64,000 bases of DNA from Octopus bimaculoides (Eukaryota), in NCBI RefSeq assembly GCF_001194135.2, contig NC_068991.1, positions 49,074,052-49,138,051 on the forward strand, read 5' to 3'. This document shows, one piece after another, positions 24,431 through 37,859 of the stretch (its first letter is position 1; each line of letters starts with the position of its first letter). The notes below the pieces were generated by a model. The model saw nothing but the letters and a program-made list of their open reading frames with translations, had not been told where the DNA came from and ran no database searches. The translations under genes and the position numbers were made by a program.

Positions 24431-25103
24431 GAAGGCAGCAAGTTTGGCAGAACTGTTAGCACACCGGGCAAAATGCTTAGCGGCATTTTGTCTATCTTGA
24501 CGTTCTGAGTTCAAATTCTGCCAAGGTCAACTTTGCCTTTCATCCTTTCAGGACAAGTAAATTTAAGAACTAGTGAAACACTGGGATCGATGTAATTTGC
24601 TAGCCCCCCCCCCCCTCAAAACTTCAGGCCTTGTGCCTTTAATAGAAAGGATTATTAAGGCAGTGGCATTCTGGTATAATCATTAGCATGCCAGACAAAA
24701 TGCTTAGTGGCATTTTGTCTACCTTTACATTCTGAGTTCAAATTCAACTGTCAACTTTGCCTTTCATCCTTTTGGGGTTGATGAAATAAGTACCAGTGGC
24801 ATACTGGGGGTCGATATAATTGACTAGTTCCTCCTGCAAAATTTCTGGCCTTGTGTTTTTAGTAAAAAGGGTTCTTATTAAGATGGCAAGCTAGCAGAAT
24901 CATACTGCATTGGACAAGAAATGCATAGTAGCTTTTCTTCTGACTCTTTACACTCTGAGTTCCAATTCTACTGGGGTCAATTTTGCCTTTCACCCTTTCA
25001 AGGTCATTAAAACAAAGTACGAAACAAGTACTGGGGTTGATGTAATCAAATTACATTCTCCCCTAAAATTACTGGCCTTGTGCCTATAGTAGAAAGCATT
25101 ATT
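24431..25103 (+). mobile_element. Three head-to-tail SINE family B copies (period about 225 bp)
   Basis: Units start at about 24431, 24657 and 24880; each ends in agaaagg/agaaagc-attatt. More copies at 15616-15810, 23625-24010 and 47620-48005 (minus). Confidence 0.85.
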
Positions 25104-25506
25104 TTAAACCTGGTACTTATCCTATTGGCTGCCTTTTGCTAAACCGCTAAGTTATGGGGGTGTAAATAAACCAAAACCAGTTGTCAAGTGGTGATGAGGG
25201 CAAACACAAAGATTCGCGCACACACACACATCTATATTACACTAAAACTCAGTTTGTTTTCCTGCCATTTGATTAAGATGATAAAGATTACAAATAAAAT
25301 AGTCATTTCCTCCTTTAAGGAAAGAAAAAAACTCTACTTGAATGTGTTGTCACTTCAAAGAGTTGTTGCAGCTACCGCCATCCGTCCTTTTTCCTTGCTT
25401 TCTTTTTTCTTCTCTTAATCATTTATACAACTTTCGACGTACCGTGGACTGAAAGATAGAAATTCTCCCTATATTTTTATGTGATAGTTTTTGAATCATG
25501 GGTACT

Positions 25507-25556
<50 letters not shown>

Positions 25557-25599
25557 CTTAAAGAAGAAAATTACTTTTCTATTATCATCTTAATCAAAA

Positions 25600-26276
25600 G
25601 GCAGAAAGACAGAGACTATCTTTTTATTGACGAAGATCTGTTGCAATGGGAAGAGCTGAATCTCATAAGAATAGTAAAACAAACAACAACAAACAAGTTG
25701 CACCTTATAATGAAACACTTTTAAGGGCATTCAAATGCTGCTGCAACATTGGAATCGTTGCCTCTTTGAGGTAAATTCAGTACGTCATCAAGTACATGCT
25801 GAAAGAAAGTGACCAAACTGCCTTTCAAATAAACAACGATAATGAAGTTAGTCAATCTGTAATGGGTAGGTTTAATGGATCATCCGAAACAATGGTATCC
25901 ATTTTAAGATTTTCAATTCATGAAAGAGTTCTTGCAATAGTGAGACTGAAAGTTCATCTACCAGATGAACAAAAGATATTGCTCAGAAATAATGGGGATA
26001 TATATGGCTGTCAATGAACGATATATAAGAACTACATTGACAGAATTCTTTTCATTGTGCATCAATGATGACTTTGTAAAAACATTACTTTATGTTAAGG
26101 TACTCATGTATTTCACTTGGAACAGTAGTAACAAAGAATGGCAAAGAAGAAAGCGAGGAAAACAAGTTGAAGGCCATTTGAACGTCTTCAAAGAAGAAAC
26201 ATTTGGTCATGTTTATGTTGTCACACCAAAGGCAAGAGAGCTGTATTATTTAAGAATTTTATTGCATGAAGTTTGA
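25600..26276 (+). mobile_element. Helitron Rep/helicase fragment (pseudogenised)
   Basis: PYNETLLRAFKCCCNI...IQYVIKYMLKESDQTAF...MGRFNGSSE...FSIHER..IVRLKVHLPDEQ...TTLTEFFSLC..DDFVKTLLY..V..YFTWN...WQRRKRG...GHVYVVTP..RELYYLRILL; stop and frameshift present. Confidence 0.9.
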
Positions 26277-26350
26277 AATAGTATTTTTTCCTTTGCTGCT
26301 GTGCGCATCAACATTTTCAACTTGGAGTGGTTGTAACCCAACAGGGGCAC

Positions 26351-26533
26351 ATCATCATCATCATCGTTTAACGTCCGCTTTCCATGCTAGCATGGGTTGG
26401 ACGATTTGACTGAGGACTGGTGAAACCAGATGGCTACACCAGGCTCCAATCTGATTTGGCAGAGTTTCTACAGCTGGATGCCCTTCCTAACGCCAACCAC
26501 TCTGAGAGTGTAGTGGGTGCTTTTACGTGTCAC
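26351..26533 (-). mobile_element. LINE 3' end with (GAT)n tail (RTE-like), second young copy
   Basis: Near-identical to 17876-18056. Confidence 0.6.
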
Positions 26534-26990
26534 GGTGGGCTTTCAGTTTCACTCTACCAAATACACTTTCACAAGGCTTTACTCAGGCTGGAGCTATTGT
26601 GGAAGACACTTATTGAAGGTGCCACGCAGCAAGACTGAACCCAAGTACACATATTTAGGAAGCAAGCTTCTTACCATACAGCTTCGCCTGCGCCTATAGA
26701 TGTATATATGTGTAAGAACATACTCCCTCGTCTCTTTGCCCTCTGTCTCTAAGATTCATACTCAACTTGTGCAAAGTGTTTATTTATTCATTGCCAGCTA
26801 CTAAGCCTAATATGTGCTCTCATCCTGCACCTCTGATGTTAACTTTCTTTGTATCTCTGTTTTACTCTTTCCTCCTTTCTTTGTACACTATAAAGCTTGA
26901 CTAGAATAATCAACCAATGAATAGTTATTTCTATCCCTATTATACAGAGATAGTTCATTCTTCATCATGCTGATCAATAAGAATTTAAAC

Positions 26991-27291
26991 CAGTAGTTTT
27001 CAACCATTTTTTACCTATGATCCCTTTTGGTTACTATTGTATTCTGGTGGAAGCCCGTAACCATTCGATGCTTAAATGCTAACTTTAAAGATATTTCTTT
27101 CAGAAATCTTATTTTGTTATTCACACATTAACCTGTGAAAACGTCAGAGAAAGAAACATAACTGTTTCTTACAATACATTTAAAGCTAAACGTTTCATGG
27201 ACCCTTAAGATATTACAGTGGATCCCTAATTTACTATTTTGCTTGTGTAGAATCCCCAAAATCTTATATGGTTCCCGGTTGAGAACTGTTG
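26991..27291. mobile_element. hAT (Charlie-like) MITE with 8-bp TSD
   Basis: Imperfect TIRs CAGTAGTTTTCAACC / GGTTGAGAACTGTTG, flanked by ATTTAAAC at 26983-26990 and 27292-27299. Confidence 0.85.
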
Positions 27292-27808
27292 ATTTAAACA
27301 ACCCTAATTTCATTAATTAAGAAGTTTTATCTACCATTTTACAATCCTCTGAGGACCTGGGCGCGACCCTCTAAGCGAAACTCTACCCTAAGTGGTAAAG
27401 TCCATGCAACCAGAAAATGAATAAAGTCGGAGTAGTCTGTAACTGAGCACCAGTATTGAGTTCATCAATAAAACTGCTTTCTCTCACCACCCCCACTCTC
27501 TCCGTTTCAGTTAACCTAAATTGCCTCCACTACACTTCTAGAGTTCATTTGATAAAATAAGTGTTTCCTTACTGAAATCCAACAATTCCGAAATGTTTCG
27601 TGATTTATATTCTTCTTGTTATATGGGGACATAAATCTTTCTAGTCCTTTATACACACATACGTGCATGCATGCATGTACGTATGTATGTATATACACTT
27701 GTGTATGTATATGTACGACATATGTATATTTGTAGGTGCACACTTGTATACATATATATGTGTGTGTGTATGTAAGTGGGTACATGCTTGTGTGTGTGTA
27801 TATATATA

Positions 27809-27845
<37 letters not shown>

Positions 27846-28222
27846 ATCAAGGGTAGGTAGCTTTCCAGTTGAAAAGCAATAAATGTACAAACAAACAGAA
27901 AGTAGATACATATATACAATAAGTCTGTATATATACGTGAATGAAAATATGTGCGTGTGTGTGTGTGTGTATTTTGTGATAACGTTTGGTTATCATATAT
28001 CACAGTACGTGCTTTTAAAGTGTGTTTGAAGTGTGGTCTTTAGTGAAGGGAAAATTGTTTTATAAGTGATTTTGTCACAGTATATGTGTGACGGGGTAAC
28101 AATATGATAGCGTGTGTCAGTATGTATGCTTAGAATTTTACAGCAAGTATTACGTATTTGGGTGTGTCATTGTAAATCCATGTTTGAGAGAAAGAGAGAG
28201 TGTGTGTGAATCTTTCTCTGTG

Positions 28223-28495
28223 TACACCTCTGCGACTTACGACCACAAAAACTAAATAAATATAAATAAATAAATCGATTTTCGGACGTTGGGCATCAGC
28301 GCGTACGATAACTATGACAGCATCTGGCAACGCAGGCATCCACTTCCTGCCACTGTCTCTCATTCGGTCACATTCAAGCATCAGTTGCGTTTGAATGAAA
28401 ATAACGTTGAAAAATATAAATCCTACATATGACCAGATCGACTTACGACCTGTCAGTCGAAACGGAACTCGGTCGTCGTAAGTCGAGAAGGTGTA
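28223..28495. mobile_element. pogo/Tigger-like MITE
   Basis: TACACCTCTGCGACTTACGAC at left; reverse-complement TACACCTTCTCGACTTACGAC at right; internal third copy gives a 12-bp hairpin (tcgacttacgac/gtcgtaagtcga); aacggaactcggtcgt resembles pogo-type MITE ends. Confidence 0.6.
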
Positions 28496-29754
28496 TATGC
28501 AACGAAACCTCCATAAACTGAAAATATCTTACCAGAATTACAAACAAACTCGATTTTTTTTCTATTTTAATGTCAGAAGAAACACAAGTATAGTAATAAT
28601 AATAATTATTATATTTGTACATCAGTCAGAATAAATCCAATCATGGGAAAGTAATGTTTCAAATCTGTCCAAAAATGTTTCTATGTTCATTCGTTTGGGC
28701 GATGAAGGTTTTCAAGAGGACATTCAAAGCGTTTTCATTGGCCTCAACAGATTTTAGGCAATCCGCTGGCATTTTACCTCCTATTCCCGATCCTCTGATA
28801 GTGACAACCAGCGTTCACTTTTCATTGTCATTTCGTAGTGATTTAGAATCGTCCTTCTTTTCATGCTAGAACATAAAAAAAGACACGAAGAAACAAGAAT
28901 ACAAATTAATTGCTGTAAGAAATAAACAGATGAGAACGTAATACTACCGTGGTCTTAAAAATCACCTTGGATATTTTATATAACGACGGTAATATCAGCT
29001 CTGAGTCGAGCTGAATTTGAACTTCCTTTCTTTTAAATGGTTATCATGGATTGTACATTGTCTTTCCTTCAAATATACTATCAGTTCAGCCCGTCGCCAG
29101 ACTTTAGTGACTGGGGATGCTTCAGAATATTCTGGGTGGACATTAATTTGTATTGCGGGAAGATTTTCTAAATCTGAGGATGCACCATTGAGTAGTGAGG
29201 AGCAGTGCTGTTCAGTGCATCCCCTTAACGGTGGGTATGAACCAGTTATATCGATCTTGAGAAATACTACAAGTATTTATTTTATTGATCCTGAAGGGGA
29301 TGAAAGGTAAAGTTCTTCTGGATGAGATTTGAACGATACATTTTGTCAGATGCTCTACCGATTCTTACAATTCACTTCTCACTATTTAATAAGACTTTCC
29401 CAAATCTGTAAGTGATGGAAATGCTTATTTGGAATTCGATCTTATATCCCAGGTACTCGGTTAAACGATAATTCACCACTGCGGACCCTAAATAGGAAAC
29501 CAATGCATTCAGATGTGATTTGAGGAAGATTTAGTTACTATTTCCAGCAGGTTGAGCGAAAAAGTAGAAGCAATAACGTTGCCTCTGTATATACATCATG
29601 TTTGTATATGCGATATATGTTTCTTCTGACAGAGTGGAGGTTAACATGCCATTTAGATATTTAAAAACAAAATTAAAGTAAATTGACCAGAAGTGACGAT
29701 AGGGAACCCAATAATTTCATGTAAACAAATGTGTATAACATAAAGTAAAGTAAA

Positions 29755-29980
29755 GATCCCCTGTTGGTCAGAAATGACAATGGGATTGCACCTAGAAAGT
29801 TCCCCTCAGAGACACAAGTTCGAGCAAGGTTGTTTATGGAAGACCAGCAGTGGCTCATGCATACCAACCTCTCTTTTCCAGCTACCGATGTTATCCAAGG
29901 GAAAAGCAAAGGCCGATACAGCTTGGCACCAGTGACGTCGCAACTCATTTTTACAGCTGAGTGAACTGGAGCAACGTGCT
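29755..29980 (-). mobile_element. SINE 3' portion
   Basis: ttacagctgagtgaactggagcaacgtg motif and (TTTAC)-like tail on the minus strand. Confidence 0.5.
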
Positions 29981-30479
29981 CTCTCACTCAATAATAATAA
30001 TAACGTAATATAAATAATATGCCAGCTGTTTTAGTGCCTGATTTTGGGCCCGCCCTGTATTTTATATAACATGAAGACTATACTTATGCTTATTATAAGA
30101 TAAAAATAATGTTATGCTTATGCATGCTGGATATAGTATATGAGAACCTGAAATACTCAAGATATCACTAAGAGGGACTATGTAAGTAGGTGCCGGCATA
30201 ATGAGGGTGTTTTGTTAATAATGTAAAGAGACTTCAGCATTTCTTTCCTTCTTTCTATGAAATCATGGAATGTCAATGTTGTTATTTCCGATCAAAACTT
30301 TTACTTTCGTTTATTTTAAACCCCCTAAACTGCATCTTAACAACATTGGACCTGAAAATAATCTTCCAGTTGCAAATAAGCATTCAAGTTGCAGAGAATT
30401 CTCCTCCCTCTATCTGCCCGCTTTTCTCGGTCCAGTTTTCTCTCTGCCAACCTTCCCCATCACACTCTCTCTTCCTCTT

Positions 30480-30483
30480 CCGC

Positions 30484-30580
<97 letters not shown>

Positions 30581-30845
30581 CTTTTTTTGCATTAAGCATT
30601 TTCATCCCACTCATTTTTTTTCCTTTCATCTCCCATCCTTTTCTTACTCCCTCACCTCCTCTTCTGTCTTCTTCCATTTTTCCGCTTCCTCCCTCGCTAC
30701 CTCCTATGCCTCTTCTCTCCTCCTCTTTCTTCTTCTTCTTCTTCTTCTTCTTCTTCTTCTTCTTCTTCTTCTTCTTCTTCTTCTTCTTCTTCCGGTCAAA
30801 TAGACATTTACCCCTGATTTTCTTTATTCCAGTTTTTCAATCCAC

Positions 30846-30876
<31 letters not shown>

Positions 30877-31500
30877 ATTCATTCATTCATTCATTCATCT
30901 ATTTCTTCTTTCCTTCCTTTCATTCTTTTTCTTCCCTTTGATCAGATATCCTAGAGTGTAAAAACTTTTATTTTTGTTTATTTCTGTTATTGTTTAAACT
31001 ATCTTCACCCCTCTCGCCACACCACCACCGACACTACTACTACTACTACCGCCACCACCACCATACCTCCACTATCACCATCACCACCCCCAACAACAAC
31101 AGCAACAATAGCACTACCACTACCACCACCAAAACCATCACCATCACGACTACCACCAACAACACCGACATTATCATCACCACCACCATCATAATAAATC
31201 CAACACCATCACCAACACTACGACCACCACTTCATCAACACCACCATCATCTCCAACACAACACTACCTACAACATCAATATCACTATTACCACCAACAC
31301 CACCACCTCCACCATTATCATTAACACTACCATCATCATCACCACCTGACCACCACGTCACCAATACCATAACCTCTATCACCACCACCGCCACCTTACC
31401 ATCGGCATCAACACCACCGCCACCTTACCATCAGCAGTACCATCACTCCAACCAGCACCACCAAACCACCATACTAGGGTCATCGCTTCTATTGTAAACT
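30480..31500. repeat. Compound microsatellite / low-complexity block: (CT)n(AT)n, (CTT)n, CAC/ACC-rich
   Basis: Direct inspection. Confidence 0.95.
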
Positions 31501-31794
31501 TCATCATCATCATCACCATGGGGAACATTAACGGAGGCCTCCCCCTTTGATTGCTCAAAACAGTAGAAATAGCAGCCAAATCTCCCGCATATCATGCCAT
31601 GCCCTTCCTTTTAAGAAGGAAAGATAAAACACATGTGGGAATGTAGTCCAAGGTAGACTACGACAGAAATAAAACTTGAGATGGTCAGAGTTAGAATCCC
31701 TTTGATCCTAATTCGACTCATTCCAGGCAGCCTTGAGGCTAAGCAAAACAATGCTATTACAACAACAATAATAAGCACCACTACCACCACACAA

Positions 31795-31837
<43 letters not shown>

Positions 31838-31973
31838 ACGGCTATTTGTTTTATTTATTTTTTCGTCATGGGTGTCATTCCGCCATATAATTCATTGTAT
31901 AGTGAACACCCAGCGCCAATGCTTGTGTGTGAGTGTGTATGTGTCTGTATATGCATGCTATGTTTGTGTATGC

Positions 31974-32068
<95 letters not shown>

Positions 32069-32194
32069 CATACATACACACACATATATATATACACATA
32101 TATACATATATATATACACATGTATACATATATATATATATATATATGCATACATATTTTTTCTCTAGAGATATACATTCATTCCCAAACAAAA

Positions 32195-32248
<54 letters not shown>

Positions 32249-33469
32249 ACTCATATACACATGCACATACATACACATGCATATATACACGCACATGCAT
32301 ACATATAGATACATGCATGCATACGTACATACATACATACATATATGGACACACACACTAAGGTACCTCATTAATTGTGATATTGTCATTGGGTTTATGA
32401 TGCATGGCCCTTTAAATTAAATAAATAAAATGACCCCAGTTTTTTTATTGTTGTCAAATTAAGGGTTCAAAGAAATTTCGGCGGCGGCGGAGGTGGAGGT
32501 AGTGGTGAAAGTGAAGTTCGAGCGAGCAAAGACTGTTTTCTAAACTCAGTAAATCCGTGCAAACCTTCAGAAAGTTCAAACGTTCCTGTGCGTGAACCCA
32601 TTTTTTTAGCTCTGAACCCATTTTCAGCCCTGAATCCATTTTCAGCCCTGAATCCATTTTTCAGCGTACTCAGCTACGAGGATAGTGGTACAACATAGGT
32701 TGAGACGACCAGAAACCAACTGCACTTCACTGGGTTTTTTTTCTATATGAGTTTACCTTCTTCTACAAGAATGTTCTAACGCCAACTAGTTAAACCATGT
32801 CTGGGACCCTAAAAGAGTAGACAATAGCGGCTTAGAGGGGGTTCCTCACTCCTCAAAACCCAGGAAGCTCCCGTACCTGGCTCCCACAACCGGGTGCAGT
32901 TTAAAGTGATACCCAGGACAGACTGTCGACTATGTAAGCATTCGTAAACCTGTAACTTCACTCGCTGGCTTACAAATGAATACGAACTTCCATAAGACCG
33001 CCAACACAAACGCCTGGGACACGCACATTTATGCATAGGTACATACATTATGAGTGTCTAGGCGGAAGCTTGGCTTTGTGGTTAAGAAATTTGCTTCGTA
33101 ACTACATAGTTTCTGGTTTAGTCCATTGGTCATTGTCCAGCACCTCGGGCAAATGTCTTGCTTCAGTCATAGACTGAAACCATGCTAGGGTACCGCGTTG
33201 AAGAATTTTTAATCGACTGAATCGATCCAAGTACTTTTTTAAAAGCTTTGTACTATTTCCACCAGTTTCTTTTGCCGAACTGCTAAGTTACGTGGACGTA
33301 AACGCACCAACACCGGCTGTCAAGCGATGAGGAGGGACAAATACTGATACAGACACACACACACTCACACATACATACATAGATGCATACACATGCACAT
33401 ACATACATAGATGCATACACATGCACATACATACATACATACAAACATACATACATACATACACACGTC

Positions 33470-34215
33470 GATTTGGGATAGAGAAGAGAAACAGTGTACA
33501 GTTGTGGAAATCAGCTGCCCATCATATGTTAACATAAAGCTGAAGATCATTGAAAAACAGAATACCTACGCTAAGCTATTGAGAAATCTGCGGTTACTCT
33601 AACCAGATTACAAGCTCAGGTTTACACAGGTAATTACTGGGGCCCTGGGATATGTAACACACTGCCTAAAACACCAATCTTGAGAAATTGAACTTCTCAA
33701 AACCAGAAAGGAGGAATCTGATTCGAAGACTACAAATTCAAGCCATCACTGGAACTGTAAAAGATTTTCAGAATTTTATCATTTAAGTATATATGGGCAT
33801 GTCTAGATATACAAATATATGCATGATAAGACATACATAAAACAAAACATGAATCTGCATGTATACATACATGCATACATACATACATACATACATACAT
33901 ATACACACATATACNNNNNNNNNNNNNNNNNNNNNNNNNNNNNNNNNNNNNNNNNNNNNNNNNNNNNNNNNNNNNNNNNNNNNNNNNNNNNNNNNNNNNN
34001 NNNNNNNNGAATCTGCATGTATACATACATGCATACATACATACATACATACATACATATACACACATATACATACATCCATACATACATTCATACATTC
34101 ACACACATACAAAAATACCTTGTTGTTGATGTTGAAATTCCAATGAAAGAGCCTTGAATCTCGGTTAGAAAATGATTGTTTCTCTATTGGCAAGAAATCT
34201 TGAAATAGAACTGAC
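33470..34215 (+). mobile_element. 3' fragment of RLE-type (R4/Dong-like) non-LTR retrotransposon
   Basis: IWDREEKQCTVVEISCPSYVNIKLKIIEKQNTYAKLLRNLRLL*PDYK...GALGYV...LIRRLQIQAITGTVK; PD-(D/E)xK-like endonuclease remnant; CATA-rich 3' region with a gap. Confidence 0.8.
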
Positions 34216-34699
34216 TAATCACGCGCTCGCGCGCACGCACACACGACGGACTTCTTTCAGTTTCCGTCTACCAAATCCACTCACAAGGTTTTGGTCGGCC
34301 CGGGGCTATAAGTAGAAAACATTTGCCTAAGGTACCACGCAATGGGACTGAACCTGGAACCATGTGGTTAGGAAGGAAGCTTCTTACCACAGCCACGCAT
34401 GTGAGTAATGGTTTAAAAGTGCTCAGGATAGATGTGTGTCTTGCTCGTTTCTGTATCTGGTGAAGTCCGTTTCTCTTCAGATGTGAAACATCCGAATTCT
34501 TCCAGATATGAACAGAGAGAGGAGAAACACTATCCAGCACGGGAGTGTTTCTGTACTTATCGACCCTCGGGAGGGTATATAGATGAAGTAGTGGATGCTG
34601 TTGTAGTACAATCATCAACACCAACACCAATTATAACGCGCGCGCACACACACAAACGCACAAACACATAGGCACGAACAAACTCACATACAACAACAG

Positions 34700-35780
34700 A
34701 CACGAAGTCACGTGTATCGCATCACAAACACTCATTGATACGCAATTTACTTCAATCTCTTTCCATCAAAAAACACACACACATGGAAACACACACGCAC
34801 TCACAAACATACAAATTCATATACACTTACAATCATAGACACACACACACATAAATGCACAGGCTCATACTCGCAACAACAAACAGCATCATAAACACAA
34901 ACACAAGCACACACACAGCTAGGCAAATACATATGCTCTTACAACCACAAGCGCACACACACAAAGGCACGGAAACACTAATACACACACTCACACGCAG
35001 ACACACACACACATGCCCTCGCACACCCACGCCCGTGCGCATACAGAGGTTTGTACGAACACGCACGCTCACAGACACACACGCACACTACACACACGCA
35101 GATACGTACATTATACACACACACACGTCCTCTACACACATGCACGCTCACAGACACACACGCACACTACACACATTATACACACACACGTCCTCTACAC
35201 ACGGGCACATGCACACACGCACTCTACACAGACGCAGATACACACACGTTCTCTACACACACGCGCGCGCACTTGCACACACATACAGTGATGCACACGC
35301 ACACGCGCACTCATGCAACCACACATACAAACACGCGCATCACAAAGAAAGGGGTCAAATAGTTTCAGTCCATTCCTACAATGTCTTCCCATTTAATGTG
35401 TGTCCCCTTAAAATACCAGAAAACATTGAGAATTGTTTGAAAAGATGCGGCAAAGATGAAAGCCTCGACGTCTCCAGGTTCAACCTTAAATCATAAGATT
35501 AGCTGTTACTTGGCAACCCATATCTTTAATGATGCCTCACTATCCTCGCACCTTCACCATCTCTCTCTCTCTCTCTCCCCATCTCTTTCTCTCCCCATCT
35601 CTTTCTCTCCCCATCTCTCTCTCTCCCCATCTCTCTCTCTCTCCCCATCTCTCTCTCTCTCCCCATCTCTCTCTCTCTCCCCATNNNNNNNNNNNNNNNN
35701 NNNNNNNNNNNNNNNNNNNNNNNNNNNNNNNNNNNNNNNNNNNNNNNNNNNNNNNNNNNNNNNNNNNNNNNNNNNNNNNN

Positions 35781-35830
<50 letters not shown>

Positions 35831-35959
35831 CTCTCACCATCCTCCCATCTTCATCGTACCTGTCTTTCACCATCTTCTTACTTTCACCATACCTTCTTTC
35901 TCACCCTCACATTTCTTCCTCTTATTCTCGTCACTCTCTCAACATATTTCTCTCTCTCA

Positions 35960-35992
<33 letters not shown>

Positions 35993-36002
35993 ACTCTCTC
36001 TC

Positions 36003-36043
<41 letters not shown>

Positions 36044-36350
36044 NNNNNNNNNNCTCTCTCTCTCTCTCACTCTCATCCTATCTTCTCTTTCTCTGTCCCT
36101 ATCGCCCCACTCCCATCATATTTTATTCTTATCATCCCGGCAATCAAATTCCTCTCTTTCTCTCTCTCTATCTCTCCCTATTTCTCTCTCTCTTTCTCTC
36201 TCCTTCCCTCTCCTTTTCTCTCCCCTCTCCTTTTCTTTCTCTCTCCCCTTTTCTCTCTCTCCTCCTCTCTCTCCCCCTCTCTTTTCCAACTTGGCTTGCT
36301 ATTTTCTTTTAATTTTATTCTATCTATCTATATATCTATCTATCTATCTG
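34700..36350. repeat. Degenerate CA-rich and (CT)n/(CTCTCTCTCTCCCCAT)n low-complexity block with gaps
   Basis: Direct inspection. Confidence 0.9.
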
Positions 36351-36790
36351 ACTATCTGTTTCTTTCTCTTTACATGTATATATAGGTGAGTGTGAGTGTG
36401 TATACATATATATATTCTTATATAAATATATACATATATGTATATATATATATATTTAATATATTTATGCATATACATATATATAAATATATACATATGT
36501 ATTGTGATTTCCCATTCTTAGATTGGGTGGGGCATTGTGTTCTTGAGCAAAACACTTCATCTCATTTTACACTGCAATCACTTCGACACCTGATGCGTGG
36601 TATACAGTGCACCTGTTCAGGCAACATCGATTTGACAGAGAGACTGAGCTAATGTACCAGTCATACATTTTATCACTATAAACAAATCCTTTGTGCAGGT
36701 TGTTCGACAAAAAAGATGAACACTCATACGCCGTCTTCGATGAGAAAGTCCATTATATATATATATATATATACATTTTTTTGATTGTCT

Positions 36791-36853
36791 TAATAACTGA
36801 CGAGATGCCGGAGCAGATTTCCGCCCCGACATCCGAAACTCGGAGTTTTATTA
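36791..36853 (+). ncRNA. Type I hammerhead ribozyme motif in a Penelope pseudo-LTR fragment
   Basis: TAATAA-CTGACGA-GATGCCGG...CCGACATC-C-GAAACTCGGAGT-T-TTATTA: stem I TAATAA/TTATTA, long stem II with one unpaired C, near-palindromic stem III. Confidence 0.7.
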
Positions 36854-36952
36854 TGGCACCCGAATAATTGTCACATATTATATTACAGATAAATTCCTGT
36901 ATTTACATAATATCGAGGTCTCATTCATTCTTTTGCTGTCATACCATTACTA

Positions 36953-36990
<38 letters not shown>

Positions 36991-37821
36991 TAAAAAACGG
37001 AAAAAAAGAAAAAAAAGCAACCACACGAGGACGTGGTACATGCGAAGTATTAATAAGACGCTCAGGGAAGGAAAAGGGTGTTTTACGTTTCGAGCAAAGT
37101 TCTTCTTCAGAAGCAGGAGACAGATGAAAGTCCAAAAGAAAAAGAAGACGGAGGACAAAATTGCCAACAGTCAACATGTAGTCACACTCATATATATATA
37201 CATAATGATAAACACAATATACAGTTTATATCATTTGTTTCCTAATTGCATTTCACCATTGTGTTTATTTGTATTTGTATACTCTGCAGGGGATGTTTCG
37301 ATTGCAATTAGAAGCTGAACCGCAACAGGTCATCAGGGTAACACTAATATCCACAATGGTGATACGTACGTAGAGAACGAATAACATAAGCTGCATCTTA
37401 TCTTTAATGATAATTTCTCTTACATTTGCTCTATAAATGTCGACCGGTTATACTTCGAAGTACAGTATTAACAACACCACTATACAAGAAGTTCAGTGGA
37501 TGACGATTATCTATGTGGAGGTCTAAACTGAAACGAAATTCTTCGAAAGGAAAGAAGAATTTTATTGAAGTTTTTTTTTTTTACAACCTTGCTGATCACA
37601 TCTATATTCTTATCTCGGTTAGTAAAGAGGTTATGTGCCCCCGGCCAGCAGGTCTGATGGATCGTATATACTGATAAGAGCAATAGCAGACGTGAAACCA
37701 ATGGTAACATTTTGACAGTCCGCAACCAACGTTTTTCATAAAATATTACTGCTCAATAAACATTTTAGGGTATGATGACTCTAAAAACTGACTGATTACA
37801 CACACACACGTACATACATAC

Positions 37822-37852
<31 letters not shown>

Positions 37853-37859
37853 CTGTAAA

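Noticed and set aside
28280-28432. About 50-codon stop-free plus-strand frame (TLGISAYDNYDSIWQRRHP...)
   Set aside because: No ATG or acceptor, and it lies inside the pogo-like MITE
30990-31349. His/Thr-rich 119-aa ORF
   Set aside because: Cryptically simple CAC/ACC/AAC DNA within a microsatellite block; no splice or domain support
34855-35496. 213-aa Thr/His-rich ORF
   Set aside because: Degenerate CA repeat for most of its length
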